This document shows, in pieces, positions 50,349 to 59,893 of a stretch of 64,000 nt of DNA. The translations under genes and the position numbers were made by a program. Positions within the stretch are counted from its first letter, which is position 1; the number at the start of each line of letters is the position of its first letter. The notes under the pieces are model-generated. The model had not been told where the DNA came from and did not search any database. It saw only the letters and a list, made by a program, of their open reading frames with translations. Source of the DNA: Chloroflexota bacterium (GTDB taxonomy: Bacteria; Chloroflexota; Dehalococcoidia; Lucifugimonadales; UBA3495); the NCBI GenBank assembly GCA_027623675.1, contig JAQBVF010000005.1:1-64000 (forward strand). The letters run 5' to 3'.

Positions 50349-51644
50349 TTGGCGGATCCCGAACATACATCACTGGCAAGGTCAGGCGCCAGCGCGATCT
50401 CACGCTGGCGGGAGGCCACCTGGCGCAGCCCCAATACCCAGTTGCCCAAGTTCAGTTTGGGCTACCGGCTGGAAGACCGGGGCGCCGGTGAAACCTTCAT
50501 GCCCGACTACATCTATGGGAGACCGTCGCTGAACCTCTCGGGTGCGATGCTGAGCGCGGCCAAATTGGCCGGAGCAGACCTGGTCCACGACGACCTCAGC
50601 GGCGCCGACCTGACCGGCTCCGACCTGCGGCAGGCGGACCTTTCCGGGGCCAACCTGCAAGGAGCCCATCTCTGGCGTTCCAATCTGACGCGGGCCAAAT
50701 TCATCGAAGCCAACATGGTGGGCTGTACCCTGGGCCGGACGAACCTGTCTTACGCCGTGTTGACCAGGGCGGACCTAAAAGGGGCGGACCTCTCCAACGC
50801 CAATCTCACCTACGCCGATCTGGAACGGGCCGATCTTTCCGGGGCCGACCTTTCCCAGTCAGACCTCTCTTGGAGCAACCTGAGCGGGGCCAATCTCAGG
50901 GACGCCAAGATCATCGGCGCCAATCTGGACATGGCCGACCTCACTGGTGCCGACCTCCGGGGGGCCGTCATCATCAAGACCAAGCTCAACAGCACCGGAT
51001 TTTCCGGGGCGGTCTGCGGGGTGACCATCTTCGCCAACTGCGACCTCACCCGCGCAATCGGCCTGGAAGACATGCGCCACTCGGGTCCCAGCATGATCTC
51101 TCTGGACACGCTGTCCCGCTCCAAAGGCCAGGTGCCGCCCAGATTCCTTGAGGGCGCCGGTGTGGCGCCGGAGTTGATCGCCGCCCAAAACAGCATCCGG
51201 TCATTTGGTCCGGCCTACACCCGGGTGTTGGTGCTGGGGTCGGAGAACGACGAGGAGCTTGCGAACAAGATCAGGGCCAGTCTGGCGGAGGCGAATGTGC
51301 CGAGCTGGATGATTGCGGCTGACGATGAAGCGTCGCTGCAATCCGGGGCGATCACTCTGGACAAAGCGGTCTATTACGACCGTCTGGTGCTTCTTTGCAC
51401 CGCCGGGTCCCTGCAGAACCCCCACAGCAGCCGGTACTTTTCCAGTCTGATGAACGGGTCGGGGTTCGCCTTGGGAGACCTGGTCACGGTGGCGGCCGAC
51501 GACATCCTCTACCAACGTGAAGACCGCCTTTGCTCGGGGCTGCGGGATGGGATAGTAGTGGATTTCCGAGGCTGGGAAGACGAAGCCAAGTACGCCGAAG
51601 CTATATCTGCCTTGATCGGAGAGATCGCGGGTCCGTCCTTCTAG
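50349..51644 (+). CDS. pentapeptide-repeat protein with C-terminal degenerate TIR-like domain
   Basis: Long A(D/N)Lxx repeat array, then an alpha/beta domain following the TIR pattern; GGAGG RBS before TTG. Confidence 0.8.
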   Translation: MADPEHTSLARSGASAISRWREATWRSPNTQLPKFSLGYRLEDRGAGETFMPDYIYGRPSLNLSGAMLSAAKLAGADLVHDDLSGADLTGSDLRQADLSGANLQGAHLWRSNLTRAKFIEANMVGCTLGRTNLSYAVLTRADLKGADLSNANLTYADLERADLSGADLSQSDLSWSNLSGANLRDAKIIGANLDMADLTGADLRGAVIIKTKLNSTGFSGAVCGVTIFANCDLTRAIGLEDMRHSGPSMISLDTLSRSKGQVPPRFLEGAGVAPELIAAQNSIRSFGPAYTRVLVLGSENDEELANKIRASLAEANVPSWMIAADDEASLQSGAITLDKAVYYDRLVLLCTAGSLQNPHSSRYFSSLMNGSGFALGDLVTVAADDILYQREDRLCSGLRDGIVVDFRGWEDEAKYAEAISALIGEIAGPSF

Positions 51645-51678
51645 GGCCGCCCATTTCCCCGGCGCCGGCTTCCCGCGG

Positions 51679-52023
51679 CTACTCTACGGGAGTGCCCTCG
51701 GCCAGCATCAAGCACGCCTCCCCCCATTGGTTCGGGTTGGCCAGGTCCCATTCTTCCTCTAACTCGGCTGGCTGCAAGCGCAACCCCTCGTCACCGCCGT
51801 ATACCAGCAGCACCACGCCCTCTCCCGAGTCTTCGGCCGGGGCCGACATTGCGGTGCAGGGTCCTTGCGCGCTCCAACCGGTCACCCGGCACCAAAGGTC
51901 GTCTCCCATGGGGTTGGTGGCGTAGACACGGACCACCTCGATGGGATCGGACAGCAGATCGAACATCCGGTGCAGGTCCAGCGGGCTGTTCTCACCACCG
52001 GCGACTTCCACTTCAACCAGCAT
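51679..52023 (-). CDS. hypothetical acidic protein
   Basis: GGAG RBS before ATG; 114 aa. Confidence 0.7.
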   Translation of the reverse strand: MLVEVEVAGGENSPLDLHRMFDLLSDPIEVVRVYATNPMGDDLWCRVTGWSAQGPCTAMSAPAEDSGEGVVLLVYGGDEGLRLQPAELEEEWDLANPNQWGEACLMLAEGTPVE

Positions 52024-52362
52024 CTATCTCTGCTCCAACATATCTATCATCTTCGTCCCGGTCTGGACCCTCCACCGGAGATATTATCATCCGCAGCCCT
52101 CCTACAGGTAAGAGCGAGCATCCGATTCCGCATCTGGTTCCAAACCTGATCTATTGAAGCACCGATGAGTGAAGCGACCGGCTGGCAGGGTCCAATGCAA
52201 TGGTCCGGGGGCCGATCGATTCGATACCCAAAGGGCCGTCTGAATGGACCCCTTAGGACAGAAATTTGGTTGCATCTGAGAAATACCTGAATGACACGTA
52301 ATGAGATTGACCAGAGCGGTTGGCCCGGCAACCCATAAGTGGGCGGCTGCCAGAGGATGCGG

Positions 52363-53613
52363 ATGCTGCAAACCCTTGAACTGAGCACCTTCGACGAAGT
52401 AAACCTGTTTTTCGATACTGCCGCCGACCGCTTGGGCCTGAACGATGGATTGAAGCAGATGTTGAAGCGGCCCTGGCGCGAACTCCAGGTCCAGATACCG
52501 GTCCGGATGGACGACGGCCAGATTGAAGTGTTCACGGGGTTTAGGGTACAGCACAACGGCGCCCGTGGACCCTACAAGGGCGGCGTCAGATACCACCCGG
52601 ATGCTGATCTGGAGGAAGTCCGGGCATTGGCGTCGCTGATGACTTGGAAAACGGCGCTGGTTGACATCCCCTTCGGCGGGTCCAAGGGTGGCGTCCAGGT
52701 TGACCCCTTGCGGCTTTCACAGGGCGAATTGAACCGGCTCACCCGGCGGTACACCCAGCAGATAGAGCATCTGATCGGCCCCAACCGGGATATTCCTGCC
52801 CCGGATATGGGCACCAACGCCCAGACCATGGCCTGGATCATGGACGCTTACGGTCAACTCCACGGGCACTCGCCGGCCGCCGTTACCGGAAAGCCGGTGG
52901 AGATGGGAGGATCACTGGGCCGGGAGTCAGCCACCGGCCGGGGCGTGGCCCTGGTGTTGGAAGAGGCGGCCAAAGACGCGGGGTTGGACCTCCAAGGGGC
53001 CAAGATCGCGGTCCAGGGCTTCGGCAACGTCGGCTCTTGGGCGGCGCGCCTGATGTATGACAGCGGTTGCCGGATAATCGCGGTCAGCGGGATTGACGGC
53101 GGTGTGTTCAACCTTGATGGCCTGGACATTCCCAAGTTGCAAGACTACCAGAGGGCTACCGGAGGGGTGGTCGGGTTCGGCGGCGGCGATGGCATCTCCA
53201 ATTCCGAGCTGCTGGAATCGGATTGCGATGTGTTGGTTCCGGCGGCCATCGACAATGCGATCACCGCAGAGAATGCCAGGCACATCAAGGCCCGGATGAT
53301 ATTGGAAGCGGCCAATCACCCCATCACGCCTGAGGCCGACCGTGTTCTGAGCGAAGGCGGTGTCACCATCCTGCCTGATGTTTTGGTCAATGCCGGCGGA
53401 GTGGTGGTGTCCTATTTCGAGTGGACCCAGAACATTCAGGAATTCCATTGGGACGAAATCCGGGTCAACGAGGAACTCAAGAAGACCATGCTTCGTGCCT
53501 ACCACGAGGTGCGGACCCGGAGCGTTAACGCCCAGATCTCCAACCGCCAAGCCGCCTTTGAGATCGGCGTCCAGCGAGTGGCTAGGGCAGTGGAGCTCCG
53601 AGGGTTCGTTTAG
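52363..53613 (+). CDS. gdhA: Glu/Leu/Phe/Val dehydrogenase (glutamate dehydrogenase)
   Basis: RGPYKGGVRYHP, PFGGSKGG, DIPAPDMGT, QGFGNVG, NAGGVVVSYFEW. Confidence 0.92.
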   Translation: MLQTLELSTFDEVNLFFDTAADRLGLNDGLKQMLKRPWRELQVQIPVRMDDGQIEVFTGFRVQHNGARGPYKGGVRYHPDADLEEVRALASLMTWKTALVDIPFGGSKGGVQVDPLRLSQGELNRLTRRYTQQIEHLIGPNRDIPAPDMGTNAQTMAWIMDAYGQLHGHSPAAVTGKPVEMGGSLGRESATGRGVALVLEEAAKDAGLDLQGAKIAVQGFGNVGSWAARLMYDSGCRIIAVSGIDGGVFNLDGLDIPKLQDYQRATGGVVGFGGGDGISNSELLESDCDVLVPAAIDNAITAENARHIKARMILEAANHPITPEADRVLSEGGVTILPDVLVNAGGVVVSYFEWTQNIQEFHWDEIRVNEELKKTMLRAYHEVRTRSVNAQISNRQAAFEIGVQRVARAVELRGFV

Positions 53614-53886
53614 ACAGGCCGGAAGTTCTTGGCGGTCAGCTTTCAGGGTTCGGGGTCAATCATCGGCCCCTAGCCAGTCTTCTAACACAGAGTCAACCTG
53701 CGACGGCAGCCGCCGAAGAGTCTCTTTTCGCTCTTTCAAGCAAGTCCTAGGCGTAGCGCTTGGATCGGAGCAGCAAGATCCCCCAACCCCTTTTACGAAA
53801 GGGGGCTTTTGGAGGGTTTTTATCTACTGTCATCCCACTTCCCAATATCCAAAAACCAATCTCTGATCGCCCCTGGCATGCTTGGA

Positions 53887-53915
53887 TTGACACCTTTACC
53901 ACCCCTCCGTATCAT
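53887..53915 (+). promoter_or_regulatory. sigma70-type promoter of ggt
   Basis: TTGACA, 17-nt spacer, TATCAT. Confidence 0.7.
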
Positions 53916-53998
53916 TACCCCCAATGTGAGTCCGTCCGTTTCAGGCACGGGCCCACCTAGGGATCTGACCTGAAAATTCCATCTCACCGGGGGCCAAT

Positions 53999-55756
53999 AT
54001 GGCAATAGGAATCAAGACCTACCGTCCCACAGTTTCGGGTGTGACCCACATGGTCACGGCCGGGCATTACCTGGCCACTGCATCGGGTTACCGGATACTG
54101 GAGCAGGGCGGCAATGCCACCGACGCCGGCGTGGCAGCGGGGATCACGCTGAACGTGGTGCTTCCCCAGTGGACCAACTTTGGCGGCGTGGCTCCCATCA
54201 TCATCCACGACGCCCAGAAGCAGGAAACGGTGTCGATCAGCGGTCTCGGCCGCTGGCCCAAGGCAGCCAACATTGACGACTACCTGGCCAAGTTTGGCGG
54301 CGACCTGCCACCGGGCATCCCGCGAACGGTCACCCCCGCCGGCGCCGACGCCTGGATGACCGCCCTGAAACTCTACGGGACCATGACCTTCGAGCAGGCG
54401 GTCACGCCAGCCATGGAACTGGCCGAACAGGGCTTCCCGGTCCCAACCACCCTGGCGTCGTACCTGGAGAAGACCGGCGACGACCTGACCCACGAGTCCA
54501 GCGGCCAGCCGCAATGGCCTTCCACCGCCGAGATCTTCTTCCCCGGCGGCCGAAGCTTCAAGACTGGCGAGATACTGGTGCAGACCGACCTGGCCCGCAG
54601 CTTCAAGCGGCTGATCGAGGTGGAGCGGCAGAACGCATCCATGGGACGCGAGGGCGCGATCCAAGCGGCGCGCGATTTCTTCTACAAGGGAGAGATCGCC
54701 GAGGAGATGGTGAAGTTCAACCAGGACAACGGCGGACTTCTAACCATGCAAGACCTGGCCGATTTCCATGTCGGCGTCGAGCCACCAGCCCACGGCACCT
54801 ATAAGGGGATCGATGTCTATACCTGCGGTCCCTGGTGCCAAGGTCCGGTGAGCATCCAGGCCCTGCAGATACTCGAAGGCATGGACCTGCAGGCGATGGG
54901 CCACAATAGCGCGGACTACATCCACTCTCTCGTGGAGGCCATCAACCTGGCCATGAGCGACCGCGAAGCGTACTACGGCGACCCCGATTTCGTGGACGTG
55001 CCCATGGAGGGCTTGCTGTCCAAGTCGTTCGCCGCGGAGCGCCGGGCCATGATCGACCCGAAAAAAGCATTCGGAAAGATGCCCGAGGCCGGGGACCCTT
55101 GGGTCCACCAAGGCATGAGATCGCCCAACGGCAAACCGGCCCAGCCCGAACCGGTGAGCGGCGGACTCCAGGCCGATACCAGCTATACGGCTGTGGTCGA
55201 CCGCTGGGGCAACGCCTTCTCGGCCACCCCCAGCGACACCATCGCCTACAACCCAATCGTGAAAGGCCTGGGATTCATCGTATCCGGACGCGGCTCCCAG
55301 TCGTGGCTCGACCCCAACCACCCCAGCTCATTGCAGCCAGGCAAGCGGCCCCGGCTGACTCCCAACCCGGCGCTGGCGATGAAGGATGGCAAGGTGCTGA
55401 TGCCCTTCGGCACGCCGGGCGGCGACGTGCAGCCCCAGTCCATGGTCCAGCTATTCCTGAACGTGACCGAGTTCGGGATGGAGGTCCAGGAGGCCATTGA
55501 GGCTCCCAGGGTATCCACCTGGAATTTCCCCAACTCCTTCTGGCCCCACGCCTACAATCCGGCATTGGTCGGAGTTGAAGGCCGCATCGCGCCCGAAGTG
55601 GTGGCAGACCTGCGCAAGCGCGGCCACGACGTGGAGGTCTGGAACGACTTCACGCCGCGCATGGGTTGTCTATGCGCCATCCACGTGGACCAGGAACGTG
55701 GCGGCCGCAACGGCGGCGCCGACCCTCGCCGCGACGGCTACGCCATGGGCCGCTAG
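53999..55756 (+). CDS. ggt: gamma-glutamyltransferase family protein
   Basis: GGNATDAGVA, autoprocessing Thr in DTSY, PGKRP, GTPGGD.QPQ, GGADPRRDG. Confidence 0.9.
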   Translation: MAIGIKTYRPTVSGVTHMVTAGHYLATASGYRILEQGGNATDAGVAAGITLNVVLPQWTNFGGVAPIIIHDAQKQETVSISGLGRWPKAANIDDYLAKFGGDLPPGIPRTVTPAGADAWMTALKLYGTMTFEQAVTPAMELAEQGFPVPTTLASYLEKTGDDLTHESSGQPQWPSTAEIFFPGGRSFKTGEILVQTDLARSFKRLIEVERQNASMGREGAIQAARDFFYKGEIAEEMVKFNQDNGGLLTMQDLADFHVGVEPPAHGTYKGIDVYTCGPWCQGPVSIQALQILEGMDLQAMGHNSADYIHSLVEAINLAMSDREAYYGDPDFVDVPMEGLLSKSFAAERRAMIDPKKAFGKMPEAGDPWVHQGMRSPNGKPAQPEPVSGGLQADTSYTAVVDRWGNAFSATPSDTIAYNPIVKGLGFIVSGRGSQSWLDPNHPSSLQPGKRPRLTPNPALAMKDGKVLMPFGTPGGDVQPQSMVQLFLNVTEFGMEVQEAIEAPRVSTWNFPNSFWPHAYNPALVGVEGRIAPEVVADLRKRGHDVEVWNDFTPRMGCLCAIHVDQERGGRNGGADPRRDGYAMGR

Positions 55757-55834
55757 GCGATCCTAGCTGGTTCGAACATAGCGATCAAAAACAGGAGTCA
55801 TCCTGGAGATTGCTGGGGGGATGCCGCCGCCTTG

Positions 55835-56035
55835 GTCATTCCGGCCGCCTTGGTCATTCCGAGCGAAGCGAGGAATCTTGTTGCTGGTGGGAGACCAACT
55901 GCCGGTCCCGCGGAACGATAGCAATCTTGAAGTCAAGCAAAGAGATTCTGATCCTTCCGCGGAAGAATCAGAATGACCGGTAGCGAGGGTGGTTGCTCGG
56001 CACGACCGTCATTTCGCCTTTCGCCGAAATGACGG
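55835..56035. repeat. REP-like palindromic repeat cluster with GTCATT/AATGAC ends
   Basis: GTCATTCCGAGCGAAGCGAGGAATCT (55853-55878); AGATTCTGAT..ATCAGAATGAC (55943-55977); CCGTCATTTCG/CGAAATGACGG stem (56006-56035). Confidence 0.75.
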
Positions 56036-56261
56036 CATCCGCCCAGTAGTGTGCTGCCGGCAATGAAACTTCGGGATAACTCATGCTTTCTATCAACGAT
56101 GGCAGGTGGGCTCGTCCAAGCGACCCCTTCCACCTTTATGGGGCTCGGCCCTAAAGGTCACCGTCGAGGGTTTGAAAGTCGCTTCTACAACGTCACGCTT
56201 CGTCTTTCCTCGAAAGGACGCAGGGACTGCCAAACCGATAGGCAATCGTTCCATGCCACCG

Positions 56262-57010
56262 TTACTCCGCCGTTCGTCCGTCGTCGATGACCAGTTCGGA
56301 GCCGGTTACAAATGACGCTTCGTCGGAGGCGAGGTACAGCGCGCCGTAGGCCACGTCTTCCGGGCGGCCCAGGCGTTTGAGAGGCGTCCGGTTCATGCGG
56401 TCCTCCCGCTGGGTGTCGTCGGCCAGGAAGCCCTCGGTCATGGGCGTTACGATGGTGCCCGGATGCACCGAGTTGGCCCTGATGCCGTCGGCGGCGTACT
56501 GGATGGCCGTCGACTTGGTCAGCAGCCGCACCGCGCCCTTGGATGCCGTGTAGACCGTGGTCTGGCGGCTGCCCACCAGACCAGCCACCGACGAGATGTT
56601 CACGATGGAGCCACCCCCAGCTTGGCGCATGGCGGGGATGACGCTCTTGGTGCCCAAGAACACGCCTTTGGCGTTGATGTCCATCACCTGGTCCCACTCT
56701 GCCGAGCTGGTTTCCTCGACCACGTGGGCGCGGTAGATACCAGCGTTGTTGACCAGGATATCCAACTTGCCGAAGCGGTCCACAGCCTCGTTCACCGCCC
56801 GTTGCCAGGCTGATTCGTCGGTTACGTCCAGCGGCACGAAGACGGTCTCGCCGCCGGCCTCGTTGATCTCGGCCTCCACCTTGCGGCCTTCGTCTTCCAG
56901 CATGTCCCCGATGATCACTTTTGCGCCCTCTTGGCAAAAAGCCTGGCTTCAACCGCGCCCATGCCGCGGGCCCCGCCGCTGATGAGGGCCACCTCATTCT
57001 CCAGTCGCAT
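56262..57010 (-). pseudogene. SDR oxidoreductase with a 1-nt frameshift near 56930; tandem paralogue of 57036-57785
   Basis: ATG 57010 reads MRLENEVALISGGARGMGAVEARLFAK, then the frame breaks (GCCAAGAGGGC versus paralogue GCCAAGGAGGGC); the remainder is intact in the -1 frame. Confidence 0.8.
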
Positions 57011-57035
57011 GTTGTCCTCTCCCGCTAACGTCCGG

Positions 57036-57785
57036 CTATTGGGCGGTCCAGCCGCCGTCGATGACTAACTCGGCCCCGGTGACGAAGGAAGATTCGTCGG
57101 AGGCCAGGTACAGCGCCCCGTAGGCCACGTCCTCCGGTTGACCCAGGCGGGCGAGCGGAGTTGGGTCCACCCGCTCGGCCTTGAACCGGGAATCGGCTAT
57201 GGCCTCGGCGGTCATGTCGGTCTGGATGACGCCGGGGTGGATCGAGTTGGAGCGGATGCCATCGGAGGCGTATTGGATCGCGGTGGACTTGGTGAACAGC
57301 CGCACCGCGCCCTTGGAGGCGCTGTAGGCCGAAGAGTACGCCGCTCCCACCAGGCCGGCCACCGATGACAGGTTGATGATGGAGCCGCCGCCGGCTTGGC
57401 GCATGGCGGGGATGGCGGCTTTGGCGCCCAGGAAAACACCCTTGGCATTGATGTCCATCACCTGGTCCCACTCGTCGGAGCTGGTCTCCTCCACCGGGTG
57501 GGCTCGGAAGATCCCGGCGTTGTTCACCAATACGTCCAGCTTTCCGAATCGGCCAAGGGTGGCGGCCACCGCCTGCTCCCACTGGTCTTCGTCGGTTACG
57601 TCCAGCGGCACGAATAAACACTCGCCGCCCGTCTCGTTGATCTCGGCTTCGACCCGTTTGCCCTCGGCCTCCAGCAGGTCCCCGATGACGATCTTGGCGC
57701 CCTCCTTGGCGAACAGTTTCGCTTCAACCGCGCCCATGCCGCGAGCCCCGCCGCTGATCAGGACCACCTTGTTCTCCAGTCGCAT
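57036..57785 (-). CDS. SDR oxidoreductase (3-alpha/20-beta-hydroxysteroid or cyclopentanol dehydrogenase-like)
   Basis: SGGARGMG, NNAGI, YSASK, NSIHPG; GGAGG before ATG 57785. Confidence 0.92.
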   Translation of the reverse strand: MRLENKVVLISGGARGMGAVEAKLFAKEGAKIVIGDLLEAEGKRVEAEINETGGECLFVPLDVTDEDQWEQAVAATLGRFGKLDVLVNNAGIFRAHPVEETSSDEWDQVMDINAKGVFLGAKAAIPAMRQAGGGSIINLSSVAGLVGAAYSSAYSASKGAVRLFTKSTAIQYASDGIRSNSIHPGVIQTDMTAEAIADSRFKAERVDPTPLARLGQPEDVAYGALYLASDESSFVTGAELVIDGGWTAQ

Positions 57786-57901
57786 CGCGCTCGCCTCCCC
57801 ATGATTACCTGCGGCGATTTTAAAGCCTGCCGGTACATAGTCAAGGGCCGGGCCTCGATTGACCGGTGAATGGGCCGCCGATAGAATGGTTGTTACTTCA
57901 T

Positions 57902-58456
57902 ATGGAACCAGTTCCGGCCACACCCACCTCCGTTGTCACCGCTGCTTTCCCTGTCCGGCTTCGTTATCTACCCGTGGCGCTGGTCTTGGTTGGCATCCTT
58001 TTTCTGCTGGCCTGTGGTTCCGGTGAGCGCGCGCGGGACTTTGAAGTAACCCAATTCGACGGCGCCACCTTCCGGCTGTCCGAGGAAACCAAGAGCCAGG
58101 CGGTGGTGCTGAATTTCTGGTATCCGAGTTGTCCTCCCTGCCGCGAGGAGATGCCCGCCTTTCAGGCTGCGTGGCAGGAACTACAGGGCGAGCCGGTCCG
58201 TTTCTTGAGCCTGTATGTGCCCCAGGGATTCGACTCGGAGCAGGACGCGAGGGCCTTCGTGGAAGAATTCGGCCTGACATTTAGCTTCGCCACCGACCGG
58301 TTGGCCCGCATCGCCCAAGCCTACGGGTTGGAGTATTTCCCCAAGACCTATTTCATTGACACCGACCGCCGGATCGTGGCCGCCAAGATCAGCACTCTGA
58401 AAACCGAGGACATCGTGCGGCAGGTCCGCGCGATGATTGGGGACGAGGAGTCTTAG
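57902..58456 (+). CDS. TlpA-family thiol:disulfide reductase, probable lipoprotein
   Basis: LNFWYPSCPPCREEMP; lipobox LLAC. Confidence 0.88.
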   Translation: MEPVPATPTSVVTAAFPVRLRYLPVALVLVGILFLLACGSGERARDFEVTQFDGATFRLSEETKSQAVVLNFWYPSCPPCREEMPAFQAAWQELQGEPVRFLSLYVPQGFDSEQDARAFVEEFGLTFSFATDRLARIAQAYGLEYFPKTYFIDTDRRIVAAKISTLKTEDIVRQVRAMIGDEES

Positions 58457-58485
58457 GGCACCGTGCCTGCGCTGACGCCCAAAGC

Positions 58486-58971
58486 ATGACCGCCTTAGAT
58501 TGGATACTACTGGCCATCCGCTGGGGACATGCGCTGTCGGCGGTCACCTGGGTCGGCGGGGGAATCTTCTACCTGATGGTTCTGCGGCCGGCCATCCAAA
58601 GAGCACAGGGACTCCCCGCCGACACCAGCCGGGCCATCGGCGTCGAGTTCCGGGGTCTGGTGACCACCGCCATCGCCGTGCTGCTGCTCACCGGGGTAAT
58701 CTTGTCGGTCTCCAGGCTGACCGAGGACGCGGTGACCAGTCCTTACGTGGTAGTGCTGGTGGTCAAGATCGTCCTGGCGCTGTACATGTTCTACGTGGTG
58801 CGTTTCATGCGCCAGGACAGCTACCCAGAAGAACCTCGTCAGGCGGCCGGCGGCTGGCAGCGGCTTCGCGACCGCTTGACCGGCACCACCGCCGTATTGG
58901 TCATCGGCATAGCGGTGATAGGATTATCTGACGTGCTGGACGGTCTCTTGGAGAACGCGCTGGTTTCATAG
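58486..58971 (+). CDS. CopD-like membrane protein
   Basis: RWGHALSAVTWVGGGIF; four TM segments. Confidence 0.7.
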   Translation: MTALDWILLAIRWGHALSAVTWVGGGIFYLMVLRPAIQRAQGLPADTSRAIGVEFRGLVTTAIAVLLLTGVILSVSRLTEDAVTSPYVVVLVVKIVLALYMFYVVRFMRQDSYPEEPRQAAGGWQRLRDRLTGTTAVLVIGIAVIGLSDVLDGLLENALVS

Positions 58972-58995
58972 GCGGCGAACTAGACTGGAGTTGAG

Positions 58996-59187
58996 ATGAA
59001 GAAAGACCTGATGGACATACTGGCCTGCCCGGTATGCAAGGGTGGGTTGGAGCTGCGGTCCGAAGCGGAAGCGGGCGACGACGTGGTGACCGGCAGCCTG
59101 GTCTGCGCTGCTTGCGACGAGACCTATCCCATCGAAGACTCGATCCCAAACCTGCTGCCACCAGACCTGCGCCGCGAGCTTGGGTGA
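58996..59187 (+). CDS. Trm112 family protein
   Basis: LMDILACPVCKG..LVC..C...YPIEDSIPNLL. Confidence 0.9.
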   Translation: MKKDLMDILACPVCKGGLELRSEAEAGDDVVTGSLVCAACDETYPIEDSIPNLLPPDLRRELG

Positions 59188-59212
59188 TTCACCCGACATA
59201 ACCAGACAAAGC

Positions 59213-59256
59213 GAAAGGCCCCCGGAACCATCAAGTTCCGAGGGCCTTTCTTTTTT
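59213..59256. terminator. intrinsic terminator between convergent operons
   Basis: GAAAGGCCC.CGGAAC/GTTCCG.GGGCCTTTC followed by TTTTTT. Confidence 0.85.
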
Positions 59257-59272
59257 CGAATTTGGCTTACGC

Positions 59273-59812
59273 CTAGCCCTCGCCGGTCAATACGCGGACA
59301 ACCTGAGGGGCCAGCTCTTCAGCCCTGGTTCGCAGGGCCTCCCGGGACAGGTTCTCTATGGGGTGCGGAGTGAAGATGGTCGGGTAATCGGGCGCTCCCC
59401 ACATCTTGGCCATGCCCTGGGCCGTCGGCACGAACCGGTCGGTGCAGATGGTGGCCGATGGTATGCCGGCATTCTCCACGTGGATCCCGTCGTGCACACT
59501 GCACGCACTGCAGGACCCTCAATCACCTATCGCGATGACCACCGAGTCTACTTTCTCGGTCAATTCCTTCAGGGCTGTCGGGTCGGCTGCTTTGGAGGCG
59601 CTGGGCTTCCGGTGCCAGATTACCTCGGTTATCTCATAGCGCGTCCGCAGTACCTCGGCGAGTTCCTCCAGAAGCACGTCCGCGTTGCGCTTGCTGTCGT
59701 CGATGATTCCCAACCGGGTTCCGGCCAGGCTGGCCAGCCGGGGCGCTCCGTCGAAGGGGGCGATTATGGGTTGGGTGACCGGGTTGACCAGTACATGTTC
59801 GCTCTGGGCCAT
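59273..59812 (-). CDS. UGSC-family selenoprotein (179 aa; TGA at 59521-59519 read as Sec), GrdB/PrdB-like active site
   Basis: The ORFs 59519-59812 and 59273-59497 are one frame: VVIAIGD-U-GSCSACSVHDG..ENAGIPSATICT..PHP; SECIS-like hairpin follows the TGA. Confidence 0.88.
59482..59518 (-). promoter_or_regulatory. putative bacterial SECIS element
   Basis: After UGA: lower stem GGGUCC/GGAUCC, internal loop, upper stem CGUGCA/UGCACG with a G-containing apical loop about 20 nt from the UGA. Confidence 0.65.
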
Positions 59813-59893
59813 TTGGTTCCCTCTCTATGCGCCCCGGGGGGCGGGTTAGTAGGATTGTCGCAATCTCGAGATGAAATAGCAACGGGCTGGGCG

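Noticed and set aside
57902..58456. TlpA as another selenoprotein
   Set aside because: The active site is CPPC encoded by TGT and TGC; there is no in-frame TGA.
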